Of a stretch of DNA of 36,864 nt, positions 36,218-36,864 are shown one piece after another. Origin of the DNA: Myxococcota bacterium (GTDB lineage Bacteria > Myxococcota > SpSt-1050); NCBI GenBank assembly GCA_049969675.1, contig JBMFOP010000019.1, forward strand, positions 1 to 36,864. Reading direction: 5' to 3'. The position numbers and the translations under genes were made by a program. Below the pieces are notes generated by a model that had not been told where the DNA came from, did no database searches, and saw only the letters and a list, made by a program, of their open reading frames with translations. Each line of letters begins with the position of its first letter. Position 1 is the first letter of the stretch.

Positions 36218-36864
36218 ATGTTTATCAGATTTCACAAATTTGTCAGAGATGAAGATGGACAGGCGATAGTACTTGCTGCTGTTGGGATGCTGGTTATGGC
36301 TCTATCTGTCCTTATGACTGCCTTCTGGGGGTATGCGGTTTATGAAAAGATAAGACTTCAGAACAATGCGGATTCTACTGCATATTCACTGGCGGTTATG
36401 GAGGCGAGGGTTCTCAACTATATCTCTTATCTTAATCGCGCAATGATAGCCAATTATGTGAGGATGATAGCATTACAATCGCTTCTTTCATATCTTACCT
36501 GGGTGGAGGCGGCACTCGCCTCACTTCACGATATGAATTATAATATTTATGCCCAATCCTGTATGTGCGCCTGTGGGTGTAGTTGCTCTCACCACTGTTG
36601 CAATCCACTCTGCTTTGAACACCCAAATTTGACGATTGCACAAGGTTTATACGGTCTTGTGAACGGTATGACCCAGCTTGTGGACCAATTTGATAGATTG
36701 ATAAGTCCGCAGAGTGGATTCATCGGAATTTTGCAGACCCAGAATCAAGCCCTTGGGACTGCTCAGAGTCTATTAAAATCAGCTGTCTACATTATGACCC
36801 TCAGCTTTACCGAAGAGTTTACAAAGAAGAATGACAATGAACTCAACTGGAGTGCCCTTACATT
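36218..36864 (+). CDS. TadG-like/Tad-domain pilus protein, runs off the window end
   Basis: Own translation: MFIRFHKFVRDEDGQAIVLAAVG...EKIRLQNNADSTAYS...ARVLN..NRAMIAN; gagga SD; open to 36864. Confidence 0.85.
   Translation, partial: MFIRFHKFVRDEDGQAIVLAAVGMLVMALSVLMTAFWGYAVYEKIRLQNNADSTAYSLAVMEARVLNYISYLNRAMIANYVRMIALQSLLSYLTWVEAALASLHDMNYNIYAQSCMCACGCSCSHHCCNPLCFEHPNLTIAQGLYGLVNGMTQLVDQFDRLISPQSGFIGILQTQNQALGTAQSLLKSAVYIMTLSFTEEFTKKNDNELNWSALT

Overview
AT-rich bacterial chromosomal window. Gene content (Tad proteins, Omp85-DUF4390-kinase block, sigma54-type promoter, Cys-rich lipoproteins) suggests a low-GC deltaproteobacterial/Myxococcota-like anaerobe; this is inference. Left part (2.6-12.4 kb, all minus strand) is an accessory thiol-redox/metal region. 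It holds an ArsR-controlled arsF/arsG-like + ferredoxin + HdrA-N-like + ProC-like cassette bracketed by an exact 125-bp direct repeat. That cassette runs straight into a 5-gene block (26-Cys FGE-domain lipoprotein, TPR/beta-barrel outer-membrane protein, Cys-less rhodanese, MauE/DoxX, DsbA), and a second ArsR-Zn-ribbon/Mrp/NifX operon lies upstream. Middle part (13-26 kb) is a peptidoglycan synthesis/recycling neighbourhood (PBP1A, suhB, mpl, serine hydrolase, ldcA, hemW, TolC, Opp/Dpp permeases, nagZ), followed by a dockerin-bearing M1 aminopeptidase next to a cohesin-like lipoprotein. Right part has a stand-alone receiver protein behind a probable sigma54 promoter, Omp85-DUF4390-NtrY-like kinase, and the start of a Tad pilus locus. 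At least three dispersed intergenic repeat families are present. No rRNA, tRNA, CRISPR array, transposase or reverse transcriptase was recognised.
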